Shown here: piece after piece, positions 54,844 through 64,000 of the stretch
How positions within the stretch are numbered: the first letter of the stretch is position 1
Layout: each line of letters opens with the position of its first letter
Virus record (IMG/VR): IMGVR_UViG_3300050034_000334
Source: a virus
Taxonomy: Duplodnaviria; Caudoviricetes
DNA: 64,000 bases
Strand: one strand, 5' to 3'
Program-made: the position numbers and the translations under genes
Notes under the pieces: generated by a model
What the model saw: the letters and a program-made list of their open reading frames with translations, nothing else
Told to the model about the DNA's origin: nothing
The model's database searches: none

Positions 54844-55448
54844 TCTTCCAACCCCTCGTAATGCAGTGACGACGCCTTGGGCGCTGCCGGTGGAGCAGCA
54901 GGAGGATGAATGTCCTCTGGTTCTGGTACTGCATTCAGGGTCGCTTCTGAATCTCTCTCAACTTCTTCATGAGGAGCCTCTGGAAGTCCATGTTCTCCGC
55001 CGCTTCTGTGCTTCTGGAGGAAGTCGCCAAGCCAGACGTCGCCATCTGCTACAGCCAGGTGCTGGAAATCGTCCATGGAGATGCGATCGTGCTGCTTGGC
55101 GCCGAACTCATCAGTGCGGTCACCCTTTCCTTCTCCCTCGAAGTATGCAAAGGTCAGGCCATGGATCTTCAAGCCACTGCCGGTCAGGTAGTACAAGAAA
55201 TCAGAGGACATGGGAACTGCAACAGCGATCACGCTCAACTTGGTCTTGGTCTCTTCGTGATCTTCGTCTTCGTCATCCCAGTAGAACACCGTCTCTTCGG
55301 CATCCTCGAGGAGTTCGGGCTTGGTGCAGATCCCATAGATGGTGTAGTTGGCCATCTCGCTGGAAGAGGCATGGTTTACTCTTTCCAGCAAGCTGAGAGC
55401 CGGTCGCAGGTTCTGCAATTCTTCAGGTGACACTTCCACAAAGCGCAT
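54828..55448 (-). CDS. Acidic hypothetical protein
   Basis: RBS GGGGAG; long ORF. Confidence 0.65.
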   Translation of the reverse strand: MRFVEVSPEELQNLRPALSLLERVNHASSSEMANYTIYGICTKPELLEDAEETVFYWDDEDEDHEETKTKLSVIAVAVPMSSDFLYYLTGSGLKIHGLTFAYFEGEGKGDRTDEFGAKQHDRISMDDFQHLAVADGDVWLGDFLQKHRSGGEHGLPEAPHEEVERDSEATLNAVPEPEDIHPPAAPPAAPKASSLHYEGLEDWFTH

Positions 55449-55947
55449 GGCGTTACTCCCCTGTAGAGATCATTGTAGTCTGTTTAAGCAACAGGGTGTT
55501 CATTTGTTTTGGGTGGCTGAGGTGGACCGGGCAGCGGATCCTTCACTGGAGAAGCAAAGATGTGATCCACCGTCTTCCAGAATCGAGTGTTGAGATCCTT
55601 GAGCACTCGGTTGGCGGTGTACTCATCCTTGACAGTTTCCTTGGGAATCTCAGAAGTAGGAGCAGCAGTGGCAGCAGTTCTGATGACATCAGTACTGGCG
55701 ACGAGATAGATCTCGGTTGCTCCCGGAGGTAAGTTGATAGTGATCGTCTTCCCACTGAAGAGTCGGAGCAGTTGTATCTGGCTCAAGGTAGCACGGACTT
55801 TGGACATGAGTGTTCACCTTCCTTCGCCCTCTCCACCAGGCGATGTGTGCGGCTAGAATGCACCCGAAGATGAACAGACCTCCCAGAACGAATAGCCCGA
55901 CTCCGATACAGGTGAGCATGTTGATGGTGCTGTTATTCATACCATTC

Positions 55948-55975
55948 TCTACGCTCATTGCAGTGAAGACGGTTA
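55948..55975 (-). promoter_or_regulatory. Phage promoter motif TAACCG-N16-CGTAGA
   Basis: Exact motif match; ATG at 55940 is 7 nt downstream. Confidence 0.8.
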
Positions 55976-56199
55976 GGAAGGTATCTTCCAAGGAGCAAGT
56001 AACCGGGCTGCATTTTCAGCGATCTTTCGGATACCTTCGTTTGTACCCTCAGTGACCGCCGTCAGGATGTCCTGTGGAATTGCATCCACCTGATAGTTCT
56101 CTAGCGTAATCTCTCCCAGGCAGAACCGGATTGCACTGGCTGGGCAAGATTGTTGCTCTGCTGATTGATGAGGTTCCATATGCTCTTTCAGTACAGTGA

Positions 56200-56685
56200 T
56201 TATGTTCCTGTGGAGCCGAATCCTCCAGTGCCTCTACTTGTATCCGAAAGTTCATCTACAGCGATCGCAGTACCCATATACATGGGAACATACGCGATTT
56301 GGACGAGCCGGTCACCCTGCTCCCACCAGAAATCGGATTCGCTGAGATTTTCCAGTCCAATCATGATTTCGCCGCGATAGTCTGCGTCGATCAGGCAAGG
56401 AGAGAAATAGAGGCGGATACCTCGAGTGGCAAGGCCAGATCGAGGAATGAGGAGTCCATGCAAGGTGAATGGAATCTGGGTTGATCCCATTCCATCCGTG
56501 ACAATGTTGAAGTCTTGGCAGACTTCATGAGCTATGCCAGTGGGGACTTTCTTCCTCTCATGAGGAGACAGGCAACCGTCCTCTGGTGCGTAGATGTCGA
56601 ATGCGCCGGAGTGCTCCGTGCCTCTCTGGGGAAGCCTGGATCCTGGACGCAGCAATTTGAACTTGACTGCAGGAAAATCATTCAT
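56200..56685 (-). CDS. dut: dUTPase (trimeric)
   Basis: SGAFDI; PRSGLA; LIDADYRGEI; DRLVQ; RGTGGFGSTG. Confidence 0.96.
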   Translation of the reverse strand: MNDFPAVKFKLLRPGSRLPQRGTEHSGAFDIYAPEDGCLSPHERKKVPTGIAHEVCQDFNIVTDGMGSTQIPFTLHGLLIPRSGLATRGIRLYFSPCLIDADYRGEIMIGLENLSESDFWWEQGDRLVQIAYVPMYMGTAIAVDELSDTSRGTGGFGSTGT

Positions 56686-56710
56686 GGTGGCTCCAATACT
56701 TGTACAGTTC

Positions 56711-57496
56711 TCAGTTGGAAGTTATCAACCACTTAGAGAAGTCAAAGTCAGTGGTTGGATAGGTCCCTGTTGTCAGAGCCACCACTTCCAATGGTCCGGC
56801 TATGCGGGGGATTTCGATTTCCGTAAACTCGACATCCGGACTCACTAGCTTCTCGAGCAGTTCAAAGTGCCGCTCGTAGATATGGGCTGAATCGGACACG
56901 TGATGATAGGTTCCCAGCTGTAACTCTGGATAGGCTACAAGCAGGGCATTGTGTACCATCTCATGGATGAAGCTGAAAGCTGGAGCATCGTTGCCCATGC
57001 CGTACACCATGTCTTGCGACCGCATGCGGACTGACATATTCAGCTTGTTGTCACGAATGCGGAAGCCAATGCACATCGTGCAAGGCACGTCCTTCGCCTC
57101 GGCGATAAGATGCGTGTGGTCAAGGATGGTAATGTAGGCACGGCGGGAATCCTTATCCCGGCCAAGTTCTTCCACCACCCAGTTGAACCCCTTCATGCGG
57201 AAGGCATACAGTCCATAGTTGGAATTCAACCGTCCCTTGTGAACGATGTTCTTCCATATCGACGCCTTGTCGCAGATGGATAGGTCATAGGGATCTCCGT
57301 TCAGGTACCAACGGAACTCATCCTTGATGTATCCTAACTTGAGGTTGCGGGGAACGAAGCTGGGGAATCTAACATAGGGAGGGAGTTCATAGGCGAAGTT
57401 CTCAACCTCCAAAACTGTGAGACCCCTGGGTTTGACTAACTTCCCATTTCTGTGGATTGTTTGGTAGATATCCTGCCAGATATCCTTCTGAGTCAT
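56711..57496 (-). CDS. Thymidylate synthase-family enzyme (possibly a dCMP (hydroxy)methylase)
   Basis: LNSNYG; DKDSRRA; catalytic DVPCT; MRSQDMVYGMGND; SAHIYERH. Confidence 0.88.
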   Translation of the reverse strand: MTQKDIWQDIYQTIHRNGKLVKPRGLTVLEVENFAYELPPYVRFPSFVPRNLKLGYIKDEFRWYLNGDPYDLSICDKASIWKNIVHKGRLNSNYGLYAFRMKGFNWVVEELGRDKDSRRAYITILDHTHLIAEAKDVPCTMCIGFRIRDNKLNMSVRMRSQDMVYGMGNDAPAFSFIHEMVHNALLVAYPELQLGTYHHVSDSAHIYERHFELLEKLVSPDVEFTEIEIPRIAGPLEVVALTTGTYPTTDFDFSKWLITSN

Positions 57497-57515
57497 GGTT
57501 CACACCTCGTTTGAG

Positions 57516-57845
57516 TTACGCGGCGGAACCCTCCTCCCTTGTATCTAGGAAACGAGCTTTCTGTCGCTTTCCTTTAGATACTGTAGAGGTTCTCACAGAC
57601 GTGCGTTTCTTACTTCTACTTGGTCTCTTCTTTTTAGAAGGCACGATGGTCAGCTTGGGTCTTGCAGCACGTTCGGCCTTGTAGTCTTCCCACGAAAGGT
57701 CCGCCAAGAGATGATACCTTGAGGGACAGATGTAGGCATCAAATAATTCGGTTTCAGGCCGCAGGTTTGGGTTCTCACGAGAGCCTCCGCAAGCTGGGCA
57801 TTGGGCTGGTCGAGGAGCCGCCTGTTTGACGATAGACTTTGCCAT
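57516..57845 (-). CDS. Basic Zn-ribbon hypothetical protein
   Basis: CPACGG...CPSRYH; Lys/Arg-rich tail. Confidence 0.6.
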   Translation of the reverse strand: MAKSIVKQAAPRPAQCPACGGSRENPNLRPETELFDAYICPSRYHLLADLSWEDYKAERAARPKLTIVPSKKKRPSRSKKRTSVRTSTVSKGKRQKARFLDTREEGSAA

Positions 57846-57905
57846 CTTACCTCCAAAGAAAAGAGGTCATCACGAGGACGACCTCCCTGCAAGTATACTA
57901 CGGAT

Positions 57906-59114
57906 TCATTCACTTTTGTGGCTGTATAGGCCTCTCTCTAGTCGTTCAAAATTCACCTTGCCACCTTTGAGAGCAGTGTGTAGAGCATTGTGCATATTGT
58001 TGAGAGGATGCTTGCCAGCTGGAGCTATCCCCTTCTCATCCTTGAGATGATCAAGTATCTGAGAAATGGATAGAGCCACCGGAGATCGTTCAGCCAGGTA
58101 CTTGTCAGCCTCTGCTATGATTTGCGACGGAGGGAGCAATCGAATCGCCCTGACTGTGGCCGGTGCTGCGTGTATCACAGGAGGAGGCGTCGGTGGAGCA
58201 ACAGCGAGGACTGGCTCTGCTGGCGTCTCCACCTTGGGTGTCATGGGAGTTTCCACATAAGACAGAGCGATGAGAGCCATCGAAAGTTGTTCAATGACGA
58301 GTGAGATGGATTTGAACTCCTTCCGTTCGGTTTCATTCAGTTCCTGCAAACTGCGAATGGTCCGGTCTCTATCCAGGATGTGAATCTTCAATTCATCAGC
58401 ACGGTCTACATACCTGTTGTGCTCCTGGCCGATAACCTGGTTGCGGGAATCGATTGCCACCCGATCTGGGACCTTCATGTCCTCCCAAGGTGTACCGTTG
58501 GCGGTGGTGAGAGGTTTCGGAGCAACTGGTGGAGCCGGTAGCACGACTGGCTTCGGAACGATAGGAGGCGCTGCTTGAACTTTTGGAGGTTCCACGATAT
58601 CCTCAATTGTTTGAAGGTGAGAAGGGACATGATCAGCATGTGCAGCCCTTTCAATGCTGGATCGGTCCACATGTGTAGATGCTGGCGAGAATTCCGAGAA
58701 CAGATCCTTCCGGTCTTGCTTTGGAATTACTGAGACTGGAATCAAAGCTGCGCCACTGAACTTGTTGGCCGATTCAACAATAGCCAGTATGTCGCTCTCA
58801 GTTTTGGGCTCTGGAACAGCGACTACATCAGTTTGCTTCTTGGCTAGCAGTGGATTCGTCCATCCCATGGCGTCGTCTAGGACACCGGGCTTCAACATCT
58901 TGTTGAGATAGCTTATGAAGTTCGCTCCCGATCGAATGTCATTGCCGGAAGTGTGAGCATTTGGTGCAATAATCTGTCGCCTTACAGGAGCAAGGGCATA
59001 GTTGGGATGGATAACATACTTTTGGTGATCGCCCTTTTTCTGGGATTTCGGCTTGATTATCTTGCTGCGCAGAAGGGCCTTGATTATCTCCTGGCAGTCG
59101 TTAGATTTGTTCAT
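57906..59114 (-). CDS. Hypothetical protein with coiled coil and a possible C-terminal winged HTH
   Basis: ...LSISQILDHL...NNMHNAL...FERLERGLYS. Confidence 0.65.
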   Translation of the reverse strand: MNKSNDCQEIIKALLRSKIIKPKSQKKGDHQKYVIHPNYALAPVRRQIIAPNAHTSGNDIRSGANFISYLNKMLKPGVLDDAMGWTNPLLAKKQTDVVAVPEPKTESDILAIVESANKFSGAALIPVSVIPKQDRKDLFSEFSPASTHVDRSSIERAAHADHVPSHLQTIEDIVEPPKVQAAPPIVPKPVVLPAPPVAPKPLTTANGTPWEDMKVPDRVAIDSRNQVIGQEHNRYVDRADELKIHILDRDRTIRSLQELNETERKEFKSISLVIEQLSMALIALSYVETPMTPKVETPAEPVLAVAPPTPPPVIHAAPATVRAIRLLPPSQIIAEADKYLAERSPVALSISQILDHLKDEKGIAPAGKHPLNNMHNALHTALKGGKVNFERLERGLYSHKSE

Positions 59115-59353
59115 CTGAAATCTCTGGCATGAGGACAGGTGTTGAGGAAGGTGGTGTCAGGAGTCTTCATATCTCCGATGTGAAGGTTGTTCTTGGTACA
59201 TTCTGGACAGGCACCAATGTCGTGATCAAGGCTGGCAAAGGTGACGTCTCCCTTACTCAGTCTGGTGATGGCTTCGTCGTAGTTCCTGGCCCACTCGGCT
59301 CCAATGAAGCCAAATTTCCAGGGTTCACGAAGATCATCTAGCCACAGCCTCAT
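59111..59353 (-). pseudogene. Cyclic-phosphate-processing receiver-like domain, apparently truncated
   Basis: MRLWLDDLREP...W..NYDEAI..L......SLDHDIG; the usual TGYD..W continuation is absent. Confidence 0.6.
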
Positions 59354-59827
59354 TCAACTCCTCATTGCTCTCAATCTCAGCAGTACATCGGTGTCTTGGC
59401 TGCTGATTCCGTCACAGATCAGATCAGTAGTGATCGAAGCCAGGTACGGTCGATTGCCCCTGCGAATGCTATCTGCACTCATCTTGGTAATTATACCTCT
59501 TGCCACCCCAGACCCAAGGTCGTCTACCGTGGTCCTCCAGTTATTGCGAGTGTTGTGGCGAGTGTTCAGGGCATTCTTGATGAGATCCACGACGCTTCCG
59601 TCCAGCTTCATGCTCTTGCCTGTGACGGTGGCAGCCCTTTCCATACCACTGAGGTCAGGCACTATCAGAACGAAGAAACGCTTCGGATGGCGTGAGAGAG
59701 CAGCGACCTCGGGAGATGTTCCTTCCCATCTAACTTCGACCGGGCCTTGAATATCGTCCAGCACAGGCTCTAACTCCAAGACTGTGGGACCAACGAAGTC
59801 AGTGCGTATTTGTAGGTCACAATTCAT
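59354..59827 (-). CDS. Hypothetical protein
   Basis: ORF in operon. Confidence 0.55.
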   Translation of the reverse strand: MNCDLQIRTDFVGPTVLELEPVLDDIQGPVEVRWEGTSPEVAALSRHPKRFFVLIVPDLSGMERAATVTGKSMKLDGSVVDLIKNALNTRHNTRNNWRTTVDDLGSGVARGIITKMSADSIRRGNRPYLASITTDLICDGISSQDTDVLLRLRAMRS

Positions 59828-60565
59828 GTTTCACTTATCCAGTGAATTAGGCAAGAACGCTGTATCGGATGGAACAGCATCGACTATGCTGCGTGTTTTC
59901 TTATGTGATTTCTAATACCGTTTTCGGCGTGAAATCAGAAGTTGTCCGGAATGCTGTGAATCCTGCGAGTGTACTTGTTATGATCTGCCAACTGAGCAGC
60001 AATCTCTGTCAACAGATCGATAGCAACAGCGATACCAATCACAGTCGACAAGGTGCGCTTGACCTCTTCCTCACCCGCATTGTGAGGTTCGGGGATAGCA
60101 TTCAAGGATGCTTCCAAGATTTTGGGGATGTTACGAATTTCCTCCGATGTCATATCTCCCTTTCAGATAACTCATCCCCGGCCTGAGCCAGAGTTTCTCA
60201 CGGACGATCATCTCGATCATGCGACGTTCAGACGCTTCCACTTCTTGTTCTCGAGCGTAGAGGTTAGCCATAGGGCACCAGTTCTGTAACTTTGTAGACA
60301 GTGATAGGTTTCCCACTGTAGTCGTGGGCAACTGTCTCAGTCAACAAGTCAACCACATGTTCAGCCTTGGCTTCATCAGTGAAGTAGGCTCCATCCTCCC
60401 AAAGATTGAGGCAACTGACCTGATCAATCTGGTTGTAGTATGTGATGATGAACACACGCAAAGGAGGCGGTGGAGGCTCACGATACTTGTTGTGTGCGGC
60501 CTCGGGGCATGACTCCAGATGAGTTCCTCCAGAGTACATGCAGCCAGGGCAGCTTTGAAGTCCGA

Positions 60566-62137
60566 TCATAGCAACTCGTCGTCGAAGTCCAGAATCAGTT
60601 TGCGCCGGGGTGCACCAGGAGTGGTCGTTGGAGTGATTTCTGGTGTAGGAACGGCTGCTGGAGTTGGCTCCAATTGCTTCTTGAGGTCGTCAAGCGAAAG
60701 AATTCTGTCCTCTGGCTTGAGTTCCGGCTTCTCGTCAACAACTCTCGGTGGCAACGCTGGGCTGTCAAGCAAGACTTCGGCAACTTCTCCATACTGAGGA
60801 TCATCCTGTGGTAACGGGTCTGGGTCTGGACCCTTCTGTATCTCTTTGTCCAACTCAGTCACATCCGGAAGAGGCTCGGCATCTCCAGCTTCCATAGCCA
60901 GGATCATCTCCATCCGATCACGGGCTGTCTTGTCCACGTTCACGACAACTGGGTCTGGACCCTGTTCTCCCTGTTGATCTACGCTGTCTACGAAGTTGTC
61001 AACCTGCTTCTGGAAGGATCCGTCTTCAGCCTCGTATTCGTCATCAGGGAGGAACGGTGTCGTCCCTCTCACAACATCCTTGGGCTCATTCAGGATCTCA
61101 ACAGGCTGAGGGGAGCCGAACTTGACGAAGGTGCCCTTGAGTTCAGGATTCACATCATCCGGAAGGGTGAAGACGATGGTGTTCACCGGAGGAGTGAATA
61201 TGCTCGGATGAGTTGATGTCACCGTGGTTGTGTCGGCAACGAATGATCTCGATTCGACCGTCGAGGAGACAATCGTCCCAGATTGATCCGTCACGGCTGT
61301 TCCATGCTTCTCAGTTTGGACAGTTCCGTGATTCTCAGTCTGAACAATGAACGGTTTCTCTGGTGGAGTGTAGGGAGGGATCGCCGGTGGTTGAGGCGGA
61401 GGATTCAGTATGGGCCTCTGGCTAACGAAATTGGGCGGACCATCTTCCTTGTCCTCTTCCTGATGATGCATGCCCTTTCTAACCAGGGCCTGGGCTGCAG
61501 GATCAGAGGTCACACCATATTCAGGAAGCCTTCCAACCCAACTGGCATTGGCCTGATCCTGACCCATCTTGTACTTTTCCTGCTGAGACTTCTTGTGTTC
61601 CTTGATCTGCTCCATCTGTACATTGAGAGCGGTAACCAGGGACTCCACTTCCATGTTCAAACCGCTGAACAGACGCGAGAACTCGCTATCCGCCAGGGCC
61701 TTGACCGCTGATGTGGGCAACTTGGCCTTGGTCTCCTCGAGAACCTCGTTGGCCGCCAGCGTGTACCAGGCGACGAAGGAGGCTGACAGAGTCTTGCTCT
61801 TGACCAGAGCGTTGTTCAGCAGAGCTCTGAAGTGGAGGATGTGCTGGGTCAACTTGGAACAGTCGGTGTTCACCCGCTCCATGGCGACGCTCAGCTGGAT
61901 CTGATACTGAGACTCGGTCCCTGGCACCACGTCGTTCCTGAGTTCGATACGAGACACTTCGTCAAGTTCCTTTTCGAGACGATTGTAGTAATCGTCGTAC
62001 GAAATGGATCCACCCTCGGTGTTGTACTTCAGTGAATCACTCAGCAACTGAATTTGCGTCAGCACATAAGAGCCGGACAGTAGATTCTCGGCCATCAGGC
62101 TGTTTAGCAAAGAGGAAGTTGAACCAGCATTACTCAT
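60566..62137 (-). CDS. Large hypothetical protein: helical N-terminus and Pro/acidic disordered C-terminus
   Basis: 523-aa ORF coupled by TAATG. Confidence 0.75.
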   Translation of the reverse strand: MSNAGSTSSLLNSLMAENLLSGSYVLTQIQLLSDSLKYNTEGGSISYDDYYNRLEKELDEVSRIELRNDVVPGTESQYQIQLSVAMERVNTDCSKLTQHILHFRALLNNALVKSKTLSASFVAWYTLAANEVLEETKAKLPTSAVKALADSEFSRLFSGLNMEVESLVTALNVQMEQIKEHKKSQQEKYKMGQDQANASWVGRLPEYGVTSDPAAQALVRKGMHHQEEDKEDGPPNFVSQRPILNPPPQPPAIPPYTPPEKPFIVQTENHGTVQTEKHGTAVTDQSGTIVSSTVESRSFVADTTTVTSTHPSIFTPPVNTIVFTLPDDVNPELKGTFVKFGSPQPVEILNEPKDVVRGTTPFLPDDEYEAEDGSFQKQVDNFVDSVDQQGEQGPDPVVVNVDKTARDRMEMILAMEAGDAEPLPDVTELDKEIQKGPDPDPLPQDDPQYGEVAEVLLDSPALPPRVVDEKPELKPEDRILSLDDLKKQLEPTPAAVPTPEITPTTTPGAPRRKLILDFDDELL

Positions 62138-62326
62138 CAGGCTTTCTCCACAGGTACAAATCTGAATTCGACACCTTGTTGAATGAATGGTGCAGCTGCT
62201 ACGGCATAGAAGAATTCGGCTTCTTCACGAGACTTGGGAGGTTCCAATCTCCTCCACTCAGTCTCACCCGGTCCCTTTCCCTCGAGGTATACCAGTTCCT
62301 TCGGGTCAAGGTCGTCGACGATGCCG

Positions 62327-62662
62327 TTAAGATGCTGCATCAGGAGCTTTCTCCTCAGGAACGGACTGAGCCACCAGGAACTTGTGCATCTTGGCAAAGC
62401 GAGTCTCAGACATCTCCCACAGTTCCTTGAATTCCCTGGCGCCAAGGTTGCCGGTGGCAAATCGACTGGTGAGGATCGTCTGGAAGGTGGTGAGGAACAT
62501 CTTCAGCCCTTCATCAACCACCTGTTCAATTTTCTCAAGAGGGATTGGATCAGCGTCAGGTGCTTTTGAAGTGAGATTGCAGAAATAGTCACTGCCTTTT
62601 CCGTAGTCTTTGTCAGACACGGAGATGGAAACTGTCATGGATGTGATACCAAGTTGAGCCAT
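62327..62662 (-). CDS. Hypothetical protein
   Basis: RBS GAGGAAAG. Confidence 0.65.
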   Translation of the reverse strand: MAQLGITSMTVSISVSDKDYGKGSDYFCNLTSKAPDADPIPLEKIEQVVDEGLKMFLTTFQTILTSRFATGNLGAREFKELWEMSETRFAKMHKFLVAQSVPEEKAPDAAS

Positions 62663-62690
62663 TGCTTTCCTCTATGAACCGATACTGGTG

Positions 62691-62978
62691 TTATGGAGAG
62701 ACAGTGAAATTGACACTCACATACTTCAAGGGGAGAATTGGAATGAGGATAACTTGATCTGCTGGCAACCTATCGTCGTAGATGACTGCCTTGTAGTCTT
62801 CACGCCTAATGCCAGGGAACATCAGAGCCACCTCTTCATGAGGTAGGATCCGCTGATGCTCGCTGTCAAATTCGATGTAGTCTGGCTCACCATCGTCTGT
62901 GGCAAATCCACATCCTTGATGACAGCGCAAGTGAGGCACCGGGCATTGGTTGGCAGCTACTCCGATGCAGTGCTTCAC
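62691..62978 (-). CDS. Hypothetical protein
   Basis: CPVPH..C..GC...PDYI motif. Confidence 0.55.
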   Translation of the reverse strand: MKHCIGVAANQCPVPHLRCHQGCGFATDDGEPDYIEFDSEHQRILPHEEVALMFPGIRREDYKAVIYDDRLPADQVILIPILPLKYVSVNFTVSP

Positions 62979-63229
62979 TGATGGCCCCTACTTTCATGGA
63001 TCCTTCTGGCTGCATCTTCCCACGCGGCCTCATACGTGGGACCCTCACCAATCACTTTGGCATCAAGTTCATCACTTTCGTAGATTTCTGACCAGGCCTT
63101 CTTTCCTGATCCTCCACCAAAGTGGGTGGCAAGAGGGTAGACTTCCCAGACGGGTTCTCAACTCTCTCCACACCAGGAGTGGGACCGTAGCAGGCACCAC
63201 CCGGCTCATAGAGTGCAGCCGCTGGACCA

Positions 63230-63535
63230 TTAGGCTTTAGACGATGAACTTTCTTCATGAGAGAGTCCTTTCAAGAACTTGTCGACATCCGTAACTCCAA
63301 AATGAGCCAGGGCCTTCTTCAGCTTGTCGGCGAGCTCATTGCGAACCACGTAACTCGTTCCGCAGGGGCAGCTGTCACATCCTTCTTTGCCACAGCCAGA
63401 ACAAACTTCGATCTCTCGTACGCCAGCTTTCTCGGCATACTTCTTGAAATTCTCAAGCATTTCTATTTGGTGGGTTACGCTGCTCATCTGGTTTCTCTTT
63501 TCTTTCAGGAATTTGAAACTTCTCACGAGCATCAA
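63230..63535 (-). CDS. Hypothetical protein
   Basis: CSGCG..GCDSCPC motif. Confidence 0.5.
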   Translation of the reverse strand: MMLVRSFKFLKEKRNQMSSVTHQIEMLENFKKYAEKAGVREIEVCSGCGKEGCDSCPCGTSYVVRNELADKLKKALAHFGVTDVDKFLKGLSHEESSSSKA

Positions 63536-63869
63536 TGGCGATTTTAATCAGAGTGCTGATGCGTCGTTTGTCAAAACCACAGTGCTTGTTTTGATCAACA
63601 GCGTTGACCAGAGCAAATCCAATAACACCCAAAACACTCTCAGGAGGGAATTCTTGACTGTAGTGGAGAGGCAATTTCACGTCAATGACACAGTTAGTCG
63701 TAGCCATTTTCTTGCACGTGTTTTCTCCCACACAAAAGTTGTAAGAGCCTGTCGTGATATTGTCTGCAGATCCTATCCCGATAGCCAAGTTACAATTGCC
63801 GGAGATGGCAGTATGTCCTAGATGGGATGGCATCGACGCCAACAGGACCGCAAATACAAATGCTCTCAT
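63453..63869 (-). CDS. Secreted hypothetical protein
   Basis: Signal peptide; RBS GAGGAGGAGG. Confidence 0.6.
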   Translation of the reverse strand: MRAFVFAVLLASMPSHLGHTAISGNCNLAIGIGSADNITTGSYNFCVGENTCKKMATTNCVIDVKLPLHYSQEFPPESVLGVIGFALVNAVDQNKHCGFDKRRISTLIKIAIDAREKFQIPERKEKPDEQRNPPNRNA

Positions 63870-64000
63870 TCCTCCTCCTCGTGATCAAAGATGGAGTTGA
63901 GAGCAGAATCAGCCATCTGGCCATTGTAGGCTGCAATAATTGCTTTTTGCTCAGAATCCTCTCCACAGCACAGAACTTCAATGATGCACTCTGGGTCATC

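Overview
The window looks like 64 kb of a large (jumbo-type) tailed-phage genome. It has dense small ORFs, mostly on the - strand, and no rRNA or CRISPR array. An Acidobacteriota-like host is only inferred, from the style of the GH28 and secreted proteins. There are two - strand tRNA arrays with 18 canonical tRNAs, read by eye. Array A (2831-8770) carries Arg x3, Lys x2, two CAT tRNAs (Met and probably Ile2), Asn, His, Gln and Trp. Array B (22118-23861) carries Tyr, all five Leu isoacceptors and Ser. Free-standing HNH and PD-(D/E)XK endonuclease genes and several structured non-tRNA RNAs are interleaved with the tRNAs. Main finding: each array is preceded by an unannotated 30-31 codon leader ORF, an antiterminator and an intrinsic terminator. 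The first ~19 codons of each leader are almost exclusively codons read by the tRNAs of that same array. This points to ribosome-mediated transcription attenuation that would switch on phage tRNA supply only when those tRNAs are limiting. Other notable items: a circularly permuted tRNA-like (Y RNA/YrlA-like) RNA; a phage promoter TAACCG-N16-NGTAGA that often places ATG exactly 7 nt downstream (leaderless mRNAs); an NAD-dependent DNA ligase split in two by an antisense endonuclease gene; a reduced or truncated ArgRS; a vWA/kinase/PurA/TPM/PspA cluster; an ABC transporter; dUTPase with a thymidylate-synthase-family gene; and a TnpB remnant. Several abrupt gene truncations may be real deletions or assembly joins. 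All calls come from manual reading; no software or database searches were run.
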